Part shown: positions 63,547-64,000 of the stretch, in pieces
How the letters are laid out: each line of letters begins with the position of its first letter
Position numbering within the stretch: the first letter of the stretch is position 1
Source: Clostridia bacterium
GTDB taxonomy: Bacteria; Bacillota; Clostridia; Oscillospirales; CAG-272
Direction: 5' to 3'
NCBI GenBank assembly: GCA_017452525.1
Contig: JAFTMG010000007.1
Location: 6,418-70,417 of the forward strand
DNA length: 64,000 nucleotides
The notes under the pieces: model-generated
Told to the model about the DNA's origin: nothing
The model's database searches: none
What the model saw: the letters and a program-made list of their open reading frames with translations, nothing else
Position numbers and translations under genes: made by a program

Positions 63547-64000
63547 ATGAGACGTTTCGGTATATCCATTTACGGTGTGTCCCGTAAGATCAGAACGGGA
63601 GAGCTTTCTCCCATTGTCGCCTTCGAGCGTATTTGCGAAATGGGTGCGGAGGTCGTTGAGCTGGTGCCCTTTGGCTTCAATCTGGTAGAGACCCCGGAGC
63701 TGAAGGCGGATTTCAAGCAGGCAAGCGCCCGCATGGGTGTGCCCATCGGCAACTATTCGCTCAATGCCAATTTCCTGATGCTGAGCGAAGAGCAGTATGC
63801 CAATGAGATCGCCCGTGTGAAAAAGCACATCGATATGGTATCGGATATGGAGATCCCGACCATTCGTGTCGATTCGGCAGCATTTTCCCGCCCCATGGCG
63901 GAGAACACCATGGAAAAGTTCCAGGCGGAGCTGCCGCTGATCTTGAATACGTATGAGACCCTTTGTGATTATGCCAAGCCTTTGGGAATCACCGTTCTGT
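63547..64000 (+). CDS. sugar phosphate isomerase/epimerase (TIM barrel), N-terminal part; continues past the window end
   Basis: My translation from the ATG at 63547: MRRFGISIYGVSRKIRTGELSPIVAFERICEMGAEVVELVPFGF..IPTIRVDSAAF.. The frame stays open to the window edge. Confidence 0.65.
   Translation, partial: MRRFGISIYGVSRKIRTGELSPIVAFERICEMGAEVVELVPFGFNLVETPELKADFKQASARMGVPIGNYSLNANFLMLSEEQYANEIARVKKHIDMVSDMEIPTIRVDSAAFSRPMAENTMEKFQAELPLILNTYETLCDYAKPLGITVL

Overview
High-GC Firmicutes/Clostridia-type chromosome. Most of it is housekeeping and sugar or redox metabolism genes: clpX-clpP-tig, thrC, rnhB, ylqF, lepB, glpQ/gpsA-like, ribF/ApbE, xth, bcp and several AraC/Gfo-Idh-MocA sugar modules. 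The clear outlier is a visibly AT-rich segment directly downstream of a tRNA-Pro(TGG) gene, about 29.65-32.9 kb. Single 60-nt lines I counted there are about 20-30% G+C, against about 60% in a flanking line. It holds a tight three-gene operon: an AbiH-like abortive-infection protein plus two proteins I cannot place in any family. A convergent 137-aa orphan gene follows; its promoter sits inside an array of phased AAATTCTA repeats, and the gene is bracketed by a ~70-bp direct repeat. I saw no recombinase. This is my best candidate for an undescribed anti-phage or mobile-element system. To its right lies a mosaic redox segment: CoA-disulfide reductase-rhodanese, thioredoxin, a rhodanese lipoprotein, a Crp/Fnr regulator, a MATE-transporter remnant and Mn-catalase, with CRP/Rex-like GTGA-N6-TCAC palindromes at its promoter. 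Other notable items: (1) a sigma / double-DUF4367 anti-sigma / two giant FtsX permeases / ABC ATPase cluster with a duplicated hairpin-promoter cassette, flanked by paralogous unknown membrane-protein loci with homologous leaders; (2) a TetM/EF-G-like GTPase fused to a YacP/Rae1-type NYN domain, in which the first conserved Asp appears to be Tyr; (3) a sigma-70-family protein with a long C-terminal extension. All family calls come from reading motifs in the translations. No database search was run.
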